The position numbers and the translations under genes are program-made. A DNA stretch of 61,575 nucleotides, filler included, from Choristocarpus tenellus KU-1152 (lineage: Eukaryota > Protista > Phaeophyceae), in NCBI GenBank assembly GCA_964200185.2. It is 7 parts of 7 records of this genome, joined end to end, with 100 filler letters (N's around TTAATTAATTAA, not from the genome) between each part and the next. Parts side by side here need not be neighbours in the genome. Positions count along the whole stretch, not along the records: positions 23,296 to 46,161 come from CAXNAD020000275.1; positions 46,262 to 58,124 come from CAXNAD020002096.1; 5 more parts are not named here. The stretch is one strand, 5' to 3'. Positions 40,001 through 53,500 of the stretch are shown here, piece by piece. Every line of letters begins with the position of its first letter. Position 1 is the stretch's first letter. The notes below the pieces were generated by a model that was not told the origin of the DNA, did no database searches, and saw nothing but the letters and a program-made list of their open reading frames with translations.

Positions 40001-41816
40001 GCCAAGAACTGGTTCAGCCAAGAAAAGGTAACCCGAGATATTTCTAAAGTTGGATTGGTTTTCCAGTTCCAACATGCTTCTTTCTAGTTCCGGATTTTAT
40101 TTTTTTGTGGGGAGTCTACACAGATGTACAAAGCTGTGGTGCTATTGCTTGCAGCCTATGCTGTACTCTGCATTTTGTTATGTTGCAGGAGAACATTGAT
40201 TGTCTTTGTAGCCCAATGGCAGGTTCTCCACACACCCTCTTAGCCAGTTCGTGTGAATTGCACAGGTTTTTCGTTTTTCAATCTGGAAGTTAACTTGCAA
40301 GTTTCTTGTATGTGCTGTTTTATTTTTTTGTGGGTGTTGGAGTTGGGAGGGGCTTTGGTACCACTGAATGTGCTTGTTCTAACAACTACTTTACTTCCAT
40401 TAGAGCTCAGCAAATATGTATGTATATCAATTTCTTTTTCTCTACGATGCAGCCAATTTCTCCCCCCCATGTCACAACATATTGTTAATTGCTATTAAAT
40501 GGCACTATTTCGTTTTCCCATTTGGTGGAGTAAGTGAACTTGTTTTTGAGTCAACATGAACAACCCCTGTGAATGCTTTACATACCTCAACTCCCACCCC
40601 ACGTAAGCCTCTCTGTAGCAACTGGTTGTCCTGACGAATTTTTCCTCTGCTACCTTCCTCGTCCCAAAGCCCCACTTCGCTTTCACCCTCTTGCCCACCC
40701 ACCCTTCTTTTCTACTCTCAACTCTTGTACATACATGCTGTGAAGTAGAGACCCAAGTTAACACTATGCCCTTGACCCTAATGCCTATCCCGAATTTGGC
40801 AAACCTGCATTCATATTTTCTCATCCCTTCTGGTTTACAGATTTTTTTTATTTTTTGCCGCTGTGATGTCATGCAATGACCATATGTACTGGTACAGGCC
40901 ATGGATAAGGCTTATGGTCTCACTAGTACAGGAAACTCAGAACAGCGTTTCCTTTGGCATACCATCTGCCTACGTGCTGAGGCATGGTTCATTGTGCCAC
41001 ACGTTCTTGACTTCATCACGTCTATGGTGAGAGCACAGCAGTGAAGATAAATTGTACTGTGTTACATTATGTCTCCAGTTCAGTGTAGACATCTTGTCCC
41101 TACGAGTGTGTTAGGAGGGAAGGGGGGTGGGGGGGGGGGGGAGGGGAAGGAAGAGGAAGCAAAAGAGGGACGTATCAAGACCATGGAGAGTACTCCCATA
41201 AAGGTGTAGGAGAAAATATATTAACAAATCGTGAGGAGAAAAGAAACGTGGCATGTTTCCCGCTACCAATTACTCTCATCACACTCTTGATGTCGGTGAT
41301 ATGCCCTGTGCACACACGACATTCTTTTTTATCTCACACAGCAATTTCATTTTGTCCATTCGTAGAGAGAGATACATCAGGCAAAGGAGGTGTGCCACCA
41401 TTTACTACACAAATATTGTAAGAGTACTACCAGTACCAACCCCCCCCCTCCCTACTAGTACTGGCATTACAATGTTTGAAGTATAAATCTTTGAGGTACT
41501 ATTAATAGTACTATTATGAGACCATCAAGGATTCTTGCCATGTTTTTTGTCAGCATCTATACCTTCAGCCCCCAGCTTACACCTACTCCCCCCTCCCCTC
41601 TGCTTTTGTCCCTTTGTGTTTCTACAGGGACGGATGAAGTTCACGCGCCCGTTGTACAGGGAGCTGAACAAGCATGAAAAGACTGCAGGAGTAGCTTGTG
41701 AAACTTTCCGGAAGAGGGCGTTATTCTACCACCCCATCTGCCGTAGGTTGGTCGCTCAGGACATTGGTGTGGAACTTGGTGAGGAGAGAAGTAATGAGTT
41801 GCTGGGGGGGGATTGA
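26262..41816 (+). CDS. LTA4H: Leukotriene A4 hydrolase-like M1 zinc aminopeptidase, 13 exons, 639 aa
   Basis: Exons 26262-26399, 27714-27896, 28437-28592, 30718-30920, 32150-32348, 32749-32892, 33586-33737, 35370-35474, 38449-38544, 38885-39038, 39596-39667, 40898-41026, 41628-41816; all GT-AG and phase-compatible; 1920 nt. Motifs [38 protein letters not shown]-x18-E (WLNEG), [19 protein letters not shown]. Upstream in-frame ATGs at 26241, 26247 and 26253 are alternative starts. Confidence 0.95.
35950..37800 (-). mobile_element. Decayed LINE (non-LTR) reverse-transcriptase/C-terminal remnant in LTA4H intron 8, antisense to the gene
   Basis: Minus strand: [13 protein letters not shown] (WxxxxGMxxNxxK-like, ~37600), QWKYSGIGV (YKYLGV-like, ~37430), QLRMGRS (RLRTGH-like, ~36280), in the expected order. 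Boundaries are approximate. Confidence 0.5.
39976..40023. repeat. Perfect 16-bp tandem repeat x3 (ACTGGTTCAGCCAAGA)
   Basis: Read directly; lies in LTA4H intron 11. Confidence 0.9.
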
Positions 41817-42799
41817 GGGGAATTGTCTTCCCACATGAGTAAGAATATTGAGTGGACACACAATAAGCAGGGCATTTATGTAGGTGATTCAGTTGTACAG
41901 AGCAGTTGTGATACCCTGAGGTCAAGGTTCAGGCTAGTTAGTAGGTGAGTTAAGAATGTATCATATTGTTGCCACTGTGGTCTAGGAAGTTCAAACGCAT
42001 GTTATTGGCTGAATGTCTCTGTGGTGCGGTCTTTTGGTACAAGGCTGTCTCTTGTGTAGACACCCAAAATCGGAAATGCATGTATTCATAGCTTATTTTC
42101 TTGAGCGTTTTTGGTTGCTGATGTATTCTTGCATTTAGAGCGAAAGTGTCTTAGGTTGCTCCATCCAATGGATCATTAAAGAGTTTCTTTAAGTTACAGC
42201 CCGTGTGTGTTTCTTTCTGTTTGGTGTTCCCCATGCTCATTTTTCTGTGAACAAAGTACTGAATGTAAAATGTGTGCATGACAGTGTTATACAAGGAATG
42301 CATGTGATGGGATTGGGGGGTTGCAATAGGGAGGGAGGTGTTTAGATGTTGAGTCATTTGAACCTTTGGTCAATATGTGTTGGCACACATTAACGCCTGT
42401 AGTGTTGTGAATTGCAGCAATTTGATTTGATTGATTTATTATTATTCAAAACCTCAAAATGAGGGGTAATTTCTATTTTATTATTTTTGTGGGAATGCTT
42501 GTGCTTGTGCGCATTGCTTGCAGACCTTGGCCCTTTGTGTGCTTCCATTTGAACTGCATACACAATTCAATGTAAATTGAGTAGAGTGGATTTTTTCCCA
42601 CCTGATTTGACCTAAACTCATAAATGTGTTCAATTAATCGACTATTGAGCATTATTTTACACCTCTCACTTTATAGTGCCAATTAATTTGAACTATTAGT
42701 TACACACGTCATTTTTTGAGGGGGGTGGGGGAAGCTGAAGGAGGGCAAGTATTGTCCTTACACTTAAAACTGCCATTTCTATATTACTTGTTTTTAGAT

Positions 42800-45530
42800 G
42801 CTTCTGCTCGACCTCAATTGATGGTGGCATACTTTCCTGCCAACTTACATGTCCTAGTTCTGTGGTGCACTTGGAATTGGACTTTTGATTTACCTGTAAA
42901 TGCATGCTGAAGCCCGAGAGCATTGCCTCACTTCCCTCTGCCACTGTCCCATTGCCCCCTTATTAAACACACCTGGTATCACAATTTCAATGTCAACTCG
43001 CAACAGAAGATATCGAAGAGCCTGCAGAGAGTAGTTGAGGTATAGTTATCGGCAAGAACACCAAATTACAGAAGCTGGTGGAGCCACTGGGGGATGGGGG
43101 TAGAGGGTGATCATCAGGGCTAATGACGTCACAATGGTTTTGGACTGGAGCAGTGCTTGTTGCGGTGGCTGCTCACGTGATAAAAACATGCATGCTTGAT
43201 ACAGGTGCTAGTGGGTGGGTGGGTTGGCTTGGTGGGTGTTGTGTCATGCTATCACTTCAGTCGCAAAGTGGCAAATTGTACTGGTGAGCATGGGGGTGCT
43301 ATTTGATTTTGCTGATGTGACTGATTTTACGAGCTGGTGTACATGCAGTCAAAGTAGAGGTATGGTGGCGCATTCCCCTTGATTTTGTCTGCTTATTTTT
43401 GTTTGCAGTCTTGATGGAGACGACTGATTTGTGAAGTGTGACTTGTTTTTCCTGGTTGTGAGAGGATGGGGATGTTGGCTGTCTGTGGCTGTCTTGTTGC
43501 GTGCACTCCTGTAGTATATGTGAAGATACAGTGTTAATGATGCCAAACATCCCGTTGTATTTCACCCTTGACAAGAGGAGCATGCAGGTCGGCTCTTTTG
43601 ATTGAAAATTTGAATAATATGTACGCTGTATTGTGGGCCTCTTTTGAACCCCCCTGCAATATACCCTATTTCATTTTTAACATGCACATAGATGACCCTA
43701 AAAATGAAGATATCACTACAGAAGATAGGCTGATAAACAAAGTTATCACAATTGAGCAAACTTCCTTTTTGATATGTACAATAATAGAGTTTGGGCGATT
43801 TCTGGGGATCCTAGTATTCCAACTGTGTAAACTTCTTGATTTATATGTCTATTCAAGTGCATGCTGCAAGTCTATCAAGTGGAGAACCCTAGCAGCAGTG
43901 GACCAGCAGTGCTTACAGTGTCCACAAGACGCTGAACCTCCACCCCTTTGTCCCTCCACCGTCTATGACTTAAAAGGCTGTAGTCAATGTATGCAAAGGG
44001 ACAATAATAGTGAGGGATGTGGGAGTCACTCATCAACACTAATTACAAGAATTTGATATTTAATGCTTAGAACATACATCTACTAGATGATATATTCTAC
44101 TGACTGCACTAAGACCTTAGAAATTTTGCCAGACTTGATGTAATCTGACAGGGCCACTATATTGATACAGAACATGGACACGACTGGTGTAGGACCATTA
44201 GAGAGTATAGCTGGACAGGTTTGGACTGGCTCTGGTGAAGCATGTCTTATCTGGGTCGGACCAGAGGTATAAAGATCTTAAATGAGACCAAGCTGCAAGC
44301 CAACTTAGGTAAATATCTTGATCAGGATGGACCAGGGATGTAGAGATTGTAAATCGGACCAGGTTGCAGGCTAACCTTGGTTCAGTCCAGTCGGTCTGGT
44401 CAAAAATCTTGCTGGTGACATGACAAATTCATGCAACATCATTACTGCATTAAGTTTTCGCATATATTTTACTGTGCCAGCAGACCGTCCAGTACATCAT
44501 GCAGCAGTTACAAAGTTGTGACCCTGGCTGTGTTCCTCAGCAGTTGAAGGCCATGCACAACGACATGCAAATACAAGATGCAGTATCTGATACATGGGAG
44601 TGTTTTGTTCGAAGTGTGAAGTCTTAACTTCCACACTGCCACCCTTTCTTGGATACTGTGCAACATGTACCGATATATGTCCCACAATGGTTGCATTTGC
44701 ACTGTCGTGTGTGATGCAGTATATATTATTCCGCCTTCTTTTTGCTTCAGACAAATACTTCAGGTGTAATATAGGGCAGCTCCGTGGTTAAAGGAGAGTG
44801 GTGACTCATTTCCATCCATGGGAATAGGGACTGCATACTCTTCCTTGTTCCTAGTTTTTGGTTGCACTGAATCTTAACAACTCCTTTAGTTTGCTAACAG
44901 GATCGTGAGATAGTGTACTGCAACTCCAGATTGTGTCTGCAAACATACAGGCCATAAATGAGAAAGGCTCCTGCCTTCACTAACTCCTCGTATGCTAGGT
45001 TGCCACAGCGTATTGAAATGTGAGAGCCACTACTAACTGTTGTTATTGACCATTTAGAGACCCACATGTGAATATCACTTGCTCACCGTCATGAACTCGA
45101 GAATTTTGGGGTGTGGGTGGAGGTGCAGGAAATCTTCCTTGAGTGTGCTGTGCATAGGTGGAAGGGTGCCTGCTCTCGAAGATTGATGGCTCAGCTGCAG
45201 CATCAGATTCCTGCTTATTGCAGTCGCAGTAGCAATCAAGGCTGTAAGGAGGGTCAGCAAGGCACAATATCTTTGTGAAGGCTGTGAATAAACTGAATGA
45301 GCAACTGTGTCTTGACTCCAGAAGTAATCCAGAGAGTAGGCAGTGGTACAGAGGAGACCAAATCATTGTTGTTTTTATGTTCTCACACGCACTGCATATC
45401 CATTCCGGACATGAATTTGGCTCCCATTCTGAATTGCTGGTGATAGTTTGTTTTGTATCCAGACCGCATCTTCACCGATCTAAAACCTTGCACACGGACA
45501 GGAGTAGTTTACACTTACTTCCGATGACAC
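42800..45530 (-). mobile_element. Decayed hAT transposase remnant
   Basis: Minus-strand fragments in hAT order: CITHDSANA (VTDNASN-like, ~44710), HCWSTAARVLHLIDLQHAL (TRWNS-like, ~43890), ILQGGSKEA (~43650), WCS...PQL...QALRYLL then SEAMLSGFS (hATC dimerisation-like, ~43060-42900). Heavily degenerate. Confidence 0.42.
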
Positions 45531-47528
45531 TCTAGAGCTCAGACACCTGCAACTGGCATATGACACACTGACACCTTCCTACATAGTGGCAACTAGTGAA
45601 TAAGAGGAGTGAAGAGTGTGATGGAATATCGGTTGGAGGAAATATAATATACTATCATATTACAATGTTGTAGTACTCAAGTACATGACTTGAAACTCGA
45701 AACTGAGAGATTTTTTTGCAAAGGAACCGAAAACCATATTGAATAGTTTTGCCTCATGTCCTGTGAGCGATCAGTCACATTGTTTGCGCTATGCCTGACT
45801 GGGTTCAGTAACCGGTAAACCTCCACCTACCTGCTATTGTAATGCCACGATTTTCAACTATTTCAACAAAAGTAGTATTGTGATATACTAGAGGTTTAGT
45901 AGTGACGGCAGTCTACTCATGAAACCACAAAACAATATGCATTGTACAAATTGTGCGGATCTAAAATGTTAAGCTGTCGGGTTGCAGGTAAGGACAAGGT
46001 CAACTTGTCGGACAGATGTTTTTCTAGTTAGCCCATCTTCTAGGAACGTAATCTAGTGTATGTGAAAACCCCTATATATTGTGGCATATGGCACATGTTC
46101 GTAGATAGTGCTGCTGATACACTATAGACATCATCGGTGGAGTAGATTAGGAAATGCAGACNNNNNNNNNNNNNNNNNNNNNNNNNNNNNNNNNNNNNNN
46201 NNNNNTTAATTAATTAANNNNNNNNNNNNNNNNNNNNNNNNNNNNNNNNNNNNNNNNNNNNCGTCTTCGGTTTCAATTTCCACACACCCTGGTACATTCT
46301 GACACCCCCCCCCCCCCCCCCAGATACTTTGGGTCATTACATACGACGAAATGTGCAGATACATCTGCAATATTTCAGTATCACTACAGACAGAAAAGGC
46401 GAAGCACCTAGAACAGAAAAATCCACAAATGACACTACACAAATATACCTTGTATCAAAATAGAAAGAAGAGACGAAAGAGTCTTCGATATGGTGGAGAG
46501 AGGCCCAGAGTGTCAAGTTCAAAAAGAAATAAAATAAACATGTGTAAAGAAACAAAATGGTCAATGAAGGAGCGCATATTTTCACTTACTATTATACGTC
46601 AGAAAAATCAGATGAAGTCCTGTACACCCACTGTTAGTAGTGACACAAGGTTACCATTAGTACCAGACAGGGTAGCCTATTCGATCACACTCCACATGCC
46701 TAGGCCAGGCTCAGCAGATGATTTGTGTTTGGAAGCTGTGGACACTTTCATTCAGCAACCTGAAACTGCTTGATCCAAAAGGTTTTGAAGTGGTCTGTTG
46801 GAAGTGTGCATGACTCGGTTGTCCATTAGTACAATAGTACAGTAAATGAAGTAATATGAAAGATCAATCCATATCCTCACTGTGATTGAAGAGAGACTGA
46901 CTGCATGCACACGATGCAGACAATATAAGAGACCAATCCCAATCTTTCGCCTTGTCAATCACTCAACTTGTTACTTCTACCATTGTATTTGAAAGAGGTA
47001 TGTGGAAGAGAAGAAAATAGGCACAAGAATTGAAAATTTTAAAAAGCAGAAGAAAAAGCAGAAGAAAAAGAAGAAGAAAAGGAGTGAAATGTACAGAAAA
47101 ACTAACCGCAACATTCAAGTCCATGAGAAAGGATCTACACAAACACGACAACAGAAATGTGAATGTAGCTCCTAACAAACACGAAAATACAAGTAATGCC
47201 ACTGCACCACAGAACTCAGAGACCATCCTAAGCAGCACACCTAATTTTCTTTGTGGCAGTTCCCCTTTCAACCAGCACAGAAATTTCAATCATTTTGCCA
47301 AGGTACCAGAAAATGGACAAGATCGATTGCCACAATGAGAAAGGAGGTGTCCGAAACAAGGTGGAACGAACGATTTCAGTATGGCCAATACTATTGGTAT
47401 TATACCATCGTCAATAGGTACAGTTACCATCACACCACCACACTCTCCCTCCCAAAAAACTGCCAACATACTTTATTCCATGTCTCAAGACCAGCAAAAT
47501 AATGCATTAACAGCTAAGCGTCTGTTCC

Positions 47529-50500
47529 TCATGGAGGGCATCGACTTTGTGCTACAAGTTCATTAACTATTTCTATCTCCCTTAGAGCTCGGGATCGCAC
47601 TTCCTCGGGTTCCTCTTGCTGTAATCGGTAGTGACATGGGAGGAGCGGCCCACTCCAGAGCCACTCTGCAACCTTGCTGTCCTCACCAGAGGAACAAGAA
47701 ATCAAGGTGGACATGTCTGGTTCTAGACCTGCAGCCTTTCCAATGTCTTGCATCAAATCAACATAGTCTGTGGGGAACTGGGGTCTTGGTTCTGGCATGG
47801 AACGAATATTTCTGCTGCTGTCCAACCCTAACTCACACTCCGCCAATGATGGCAAGGGCACTAACCCTGCCCATAGTCGTGCTGCCCAACTGTGGATATC
47901 ATGTAAGAGAATGGGAAGGGGGAAATGAAATACAAGTAAATTCATTTCAATGGTGTGTGTGAAAGGAAAGATGACTTCTTACTAACCCTAACCCTAATAA
48001 GTTCCCTAAAAAGCACAGCCATGGGACTTGGTACAAAATGCAACACATGGTGTAATAACAATACAATGACCTACATCCTTCCAACATAATGTATCTCTTC
48101 TATGTATCATAACGTTCTTCAGTAACCTCAAACCTCACCTTGGCATCACACATGGTGTCTTAGGGTGAGAACTCAACCTAACCCTAAACCTATCACATTC
48201 TTTCATTGAACTAACAGGACTCAATTGCGGGTTGAGATCAAACAGTAAGTTTGGAGTATGAAAACATAGATTGCTGTCGACCTCTGACCCAGATCTTAGG
48301 TTGGGAACTTTAACTTATTGGGGTAGAGTCGAGGTGGGCAACCAGAGTCCTGTGTTCTCAAACAGCGTCCAGATACCTTCCTATACTGCAGGAAGTCATT
48401 ATAATGTAGGTAGTCGAAAAATGGGCAAAGGCTTGGGGCAAAATGCAAGACAACTATTCAAGAAAGGTGCTGCTAGTGGAAATCTACTCGTCACACAAAG
48501 GGTTTAGGTTAGGGTGAAGACTTGAAACAATTTATTCAGCAACATATATAGGTGATACAGACTCAAATTCACCTCAACCGCCCTAGTCAGAATGGACGAA
48601 CAACTCTGTGATTGATGTGCTTTGATGTTAGATTACGCAAGGAGGCAAATCATTAGTGTTGGGAGTAGTGTATGGAACTGCAACATTGTGTGAATGTATT
48701 TAACATGCCGATCCATGTGCAGCCTACACACACACCACAATGCTTGGAAAACGTACCGTGCCTGAAGTTCAATGGTCCCAAAGTATGGTCCCCTGTACAT
48801 ACCCACAAAGGCAAGTCCAGGTACTTTTGGATGGAGAGTTTGGTGGTACAAGATGAGAGGCTGGAGGACATCAGACTCATTGTACTCAAGGGTTTCCAGC
48901 AGTTGGGTGGATAGGAAGGAGAGGTTTGGCCTGAACCCAGTGCAAAAAATCACCTCATCCACCTGCCAAAAAGGTCAAGACGACAAGGTGGTATATTTGG
49001 ATGATGAATGCGTCCTATTGGGTGAATGTAAGAAACAGACTCATTCCATTGGTGGACTCTGCTCTCATACATTGGCACATATCAAACATATCAAAAACCA
49101 GACAGGAGATGGGTGCTGTCAAGTTGCAATTGTAAGTCACGTGTGTGACGAAACTGTGTTTCTACCATATCAACTGCGTTTCTACTGTATCGAAATGAGA
49201 AAAAATAGAAATAATCAACATTTTCCTCTCCTTTCACAATATTGACTCAAAAAGGTCAGAGGGAGCGTTGGAGAGGAATTGTTTGTTTTGGGAACATAAA
49301 ATGAATTGAACAAAATAGATATAAATACAAGTAAGGGATAGAAGTAAGGGATAGAAGTAAGGGATAGAATTTGGTGTAGGGAATTACTTTTCGTATTGTG
49401 TTCCAAAAATAAATGTTCCATAAAAAATTACTCTATCCATTCCAAATTGAAATGTTCAGCAATTTCACAACATTATTAGTCACTATCTCTCATCCCAGGG
49501 TTTTTAGGGTATAGTGCCAAACCAACACAGAACTGGGACAAAAGCATCGCAGTTATCAACCATCACCACACGGCATGAACATGTTCAGGATGCACCAACT
49601 GAGAACACAGTGGGTTCGGGTTCGGGTTAGGGTTAGAAGATTAGGGTTGGTCTGCTACAGGACCTTGTATGAAGAACAATGACTGAACTCCTACCTTTTA
49701 GACTGGTCATGGACTAGCCCTAGTCTTGCTGTCAATGGTCTTTGGGAACATAATTGGAAACGTTTTCAAGAAAAACATCTGTGGCGCGAAATTAGGGATA
49801 TAGGGTCTGCATGCTGCAGTAGCAGTACCTGTGCCTTGGTCCCATCTGCAAATTGTGCTATTGTTATTGTGCCACCATCTATCAGTTTCAAGAGGCGAGG
49901 TCGCACCTCTATTGCCCCCAATCTAACCTTCAAAACAATAGCAACAAAGTTGGACAGAGAGCAAGAAACAAGTCAAGGAACATAACCTGATTGAAGTTCA
50001 TACTGCAGCAGAGTAAGGGTTAGGGATAGATAGATAAAAGGAACCACCAATCAGAAAATAGGTACAATAAAAAATGACAGGATTATCCTGTCCATAATGT
50101 ACATGGAAATCCTGAATTCAAACAACAGGGTTAGGGTTTGGATTTGGGTTGTGCTACTAAACAAAAAACAAATGCGACACATGATTTTTGTGCGATCAGT
50201 CAGACAACCAATCACGGGAATGCACAGGAAATAATGGAAATAGGAGGGATAAGATTAGGGTTAGGGTTAGGAGGAAAACCACTGACAGCATAAGCTAGAC
50301 CCAACACATTGTCAATGTATTCCTGCAGAGTAGACATGTGATACTACGCTGCCTACCCAAATGGTACTCTCCTGCTGATTTATGTTTGCTTATCACACCA
50401 GTTTTGAAACTGACAGATCAACAGGGTAACAAGATCCGGCATATTTTTCTTCCAGAGTAGGGTCAGGGTGACAAACCGTTCTCAAATACAAATACACAGT

Positions 50501-53500
50501 ACAATATAAATTAGTGTTTGGGGTAGAGTACTACAGGGAATTAAAGATTAATTGTAAATTTTGGCATACAGTTCAAGTCGGAGAAATTAGACACTTGATA
50601 AATAACGCGACACTGCTGAAATAATTGAAAAAAAGTTGGGTCGAAGACTGTAGAGATGGTGTAAAACCCTAACCCTAACCCTAACCCTGACCCAACAGCT
50701 TCAACTTGATCACCCTCGATCTATTCTTAGCCAAGCTCTCTTCATCATCTCGTCCAAGATAAAGGATTCAGCACCCTAAAACATGAGAAGGAATCTACAA
50801 TAAAAGATGTGTAACATCCATGAAGGGTTAGGGCTCAGATAATACCTTACCTTCAAGTTACTGGAGCCCTCACTCTAGCCCTACAACCACAGCAGCAGTA
50901 AGTTATGAGGAGTTTGATTCCAATGCACAGTTTTTGGTTCTCTTTTTGAAAGCATTGAACATGCTCTACACTCAATACATTTCAGCAGACGATGCAAAAA
51001 TCAGTCAACCAATGAAGTGCAGACAGTGCCCTAACCCTAAGCAATACCATGGTAGTAACCAAGAGTATACCGCTGAGTTGAAGGACCCCTCTGAATTTCT
51101 GGTGGCACACATTATTGGAGTAGATACTAAGTCCACAGCTCTAGGGGATGCCGTTTGACAAAATTGTGGGTACCTCCAGTTTGCAGAAGCAAGTCAGGGT
51201 TAGGTTTGGCCCTAATCCTTACCACAATTGTCCTTGTCACAACCCATTTTAAATGCCTTCATCTTCTCTAAATAAAGTTGAAAAACCCTAACACTAACAC
51301 TAACCCTAACCCTAACCCTTCAAAGCTCAAACGGTCAAATCATCAACACCTCTCCGCTACTTTGACCCTGCCCAAGAATTCCCCCCAGTAGAAGACATGG
51401 TCAAAGATTCATTGCAAAACCTAAACTCCAACCCTTATCACACCTGATCCAAGAAGTTGTCGGAAACCACCACCCGAGGATTCTCACAGGAGGCTCCTTT
51501 CCCCCCTCCCACTTGAACATCCACCCCCTCCTCTCCCACCTTCAACACCGAATGCAACTTAGGGTTAGGGTTAGGGTTAGGGTTAGGGTTAGGGTTAGGG
51601 TTAACCCCCTCCTCTCCCACCTTCAGCACCGAATGCAACTTTCCAGGTTGCCCACACAAGGAGAGAAGGAAGGCATTAACTCTGTGATTCTGCTCCTCTA
51701 AAGTCAATTGTTTGAGCTTGGCTCTTCCTGCCCTGGAGTAGAAAACTAGGTCGACTGGGAGGAAAGGGGGGCCTTGGGAGGAAACGCCTTGGGAGGAGAA
51801 GCCTTGGGAGGAGAAGGAGGGAGCAACACCTACCCCCGTGGAGGGAATAAATCGATGGACATGGTATGCTGGGCGACCTGCAGCAACAAGGCACTGTTTG
51901 GCCACCCCAGCAACATCTGCATTTCCAAGGGTTAGGTTCGGGATTAAAATGGCATAATTTTACCACACCAAGTGGTGCATTAGGGTTAGGGTCATGTCGA
52001 AGTTGACCAATAAGGGACATAGGGTGGAGGTTAATGGTGCAAATTGATCAAACCCTAACCCTACTGGGGATCGTGTCAAGATTGAGGTTAGGGTTAGGGT
52101 TAGGCCTATTAAAACTTCACAACAAAAGGTAGAGGGAATAAACTGACCCTGGAAAATAGCATTGGCACCTAGACGCCTTCCCCCCTTGCCATCTGTTGTG
52201 ACATCAAATTCAAGTCAACTCCTATCCCTCATCATACCTCCTCCACCCTCATAAACTCTTAGGAAAGGTCAACCTAAAGACCCAACCACACTGCACCTGA
52301 AGCAATATCAGACCCACTAAAGGCACATCCCACCACCAACACCTTCTTGTTCCGAAACCTCTCTGGGCCACAGTAGTCTGCACAATGTACTGCCACTCCT
52401 TCACCTCCCTTTTCAAGGGCCTCTTCAATACCCATCACCTTTGATGGAGGAGGAAAGATGGGACTGAAGAAGATGCCAGATGATATGATGCACTTGTCAA
52501 AGCACTCAACAACCTCTGAGAGAATGGACCAGTGGGCACAGCTTGACATCATTGTGTTGTGGTATTTTTTGTCAGTAGTGGGGAACAAAGAGGTTAACCT
52601 TTCACTTAAATGCACACAACATATTATATTGGTTAGGGAAAAAGTCAACGAGTTAAGGATACTTTGCCACACACACGCGTATACCACGTTGCACAAAGAT
52701 ACGGAATGTGAAGGGTTAAATAGAGTGTAATAGATTTTCCTGAACGAATAATTGTCACTAGTTAACCTTAACTTCGTCCATCGATCTCTATAAGGGACTA
52801 GTGGATGGATGGAGTACCAAATGAAAATCAGAAGATCTCCGCGCTCACCATTTGTATGTCTCATGGCTTCGTGGTTAGTCTCTTCTCGAAATGTGACCGC
52901 CCAGTCCCCGCAGTCAATCTTGTTAACTTTGGTGACAGCATGTCCAAATCGGACATATCGTTCCAGACCAAACCGTTTCCCATAGAGCTCGAGGTACTCC
53001 CTGACCTGTTCTGTATGTACAGGGAAACAGGAAGGAGCTGAAAGAGGGACATTCACTCGAACTAGGGATAATAATACTGATGACCCCCTCATTGACCATG
53101 AATTACGTTGTGTCGTGAAACCTCTCACCAGCCGAGGGAAACATGGGACTGTCCTTCGGCCAGAAGAAGTCCGAGAAGCAGCAGGTATACTTGGACAGGT
53201 TTGTTCTTAAAGATGGCCATACCAAACCCTCCTTGCCTGTCTTCCATAGACCCCCAAGCTGACAAGACTTCTCAAATACCGTTGGCTGTAGTCCTACCTG
53301 CGGTATGCAATGCGTTTCAAGGTCACTCGTTCAGATCACAGGGGTAGAATAGCACTCACCCCGAGTCTGGGATGCGTAATACTCCAACACCTGTGGATTG
53401 CACAATACACAACGCACGAAACTACCAACTCTTGGAGACCAAGGGATTCCCGATTACACTCTAAAATGACCTCGAGACAAGCCTTGGCCGCAGCGATTCC

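Noticed and set aside
51559-51603. True chromosome end
   Set aside because: Only seven units, embedded in a continuous reading frame with unique sequence on both sides.
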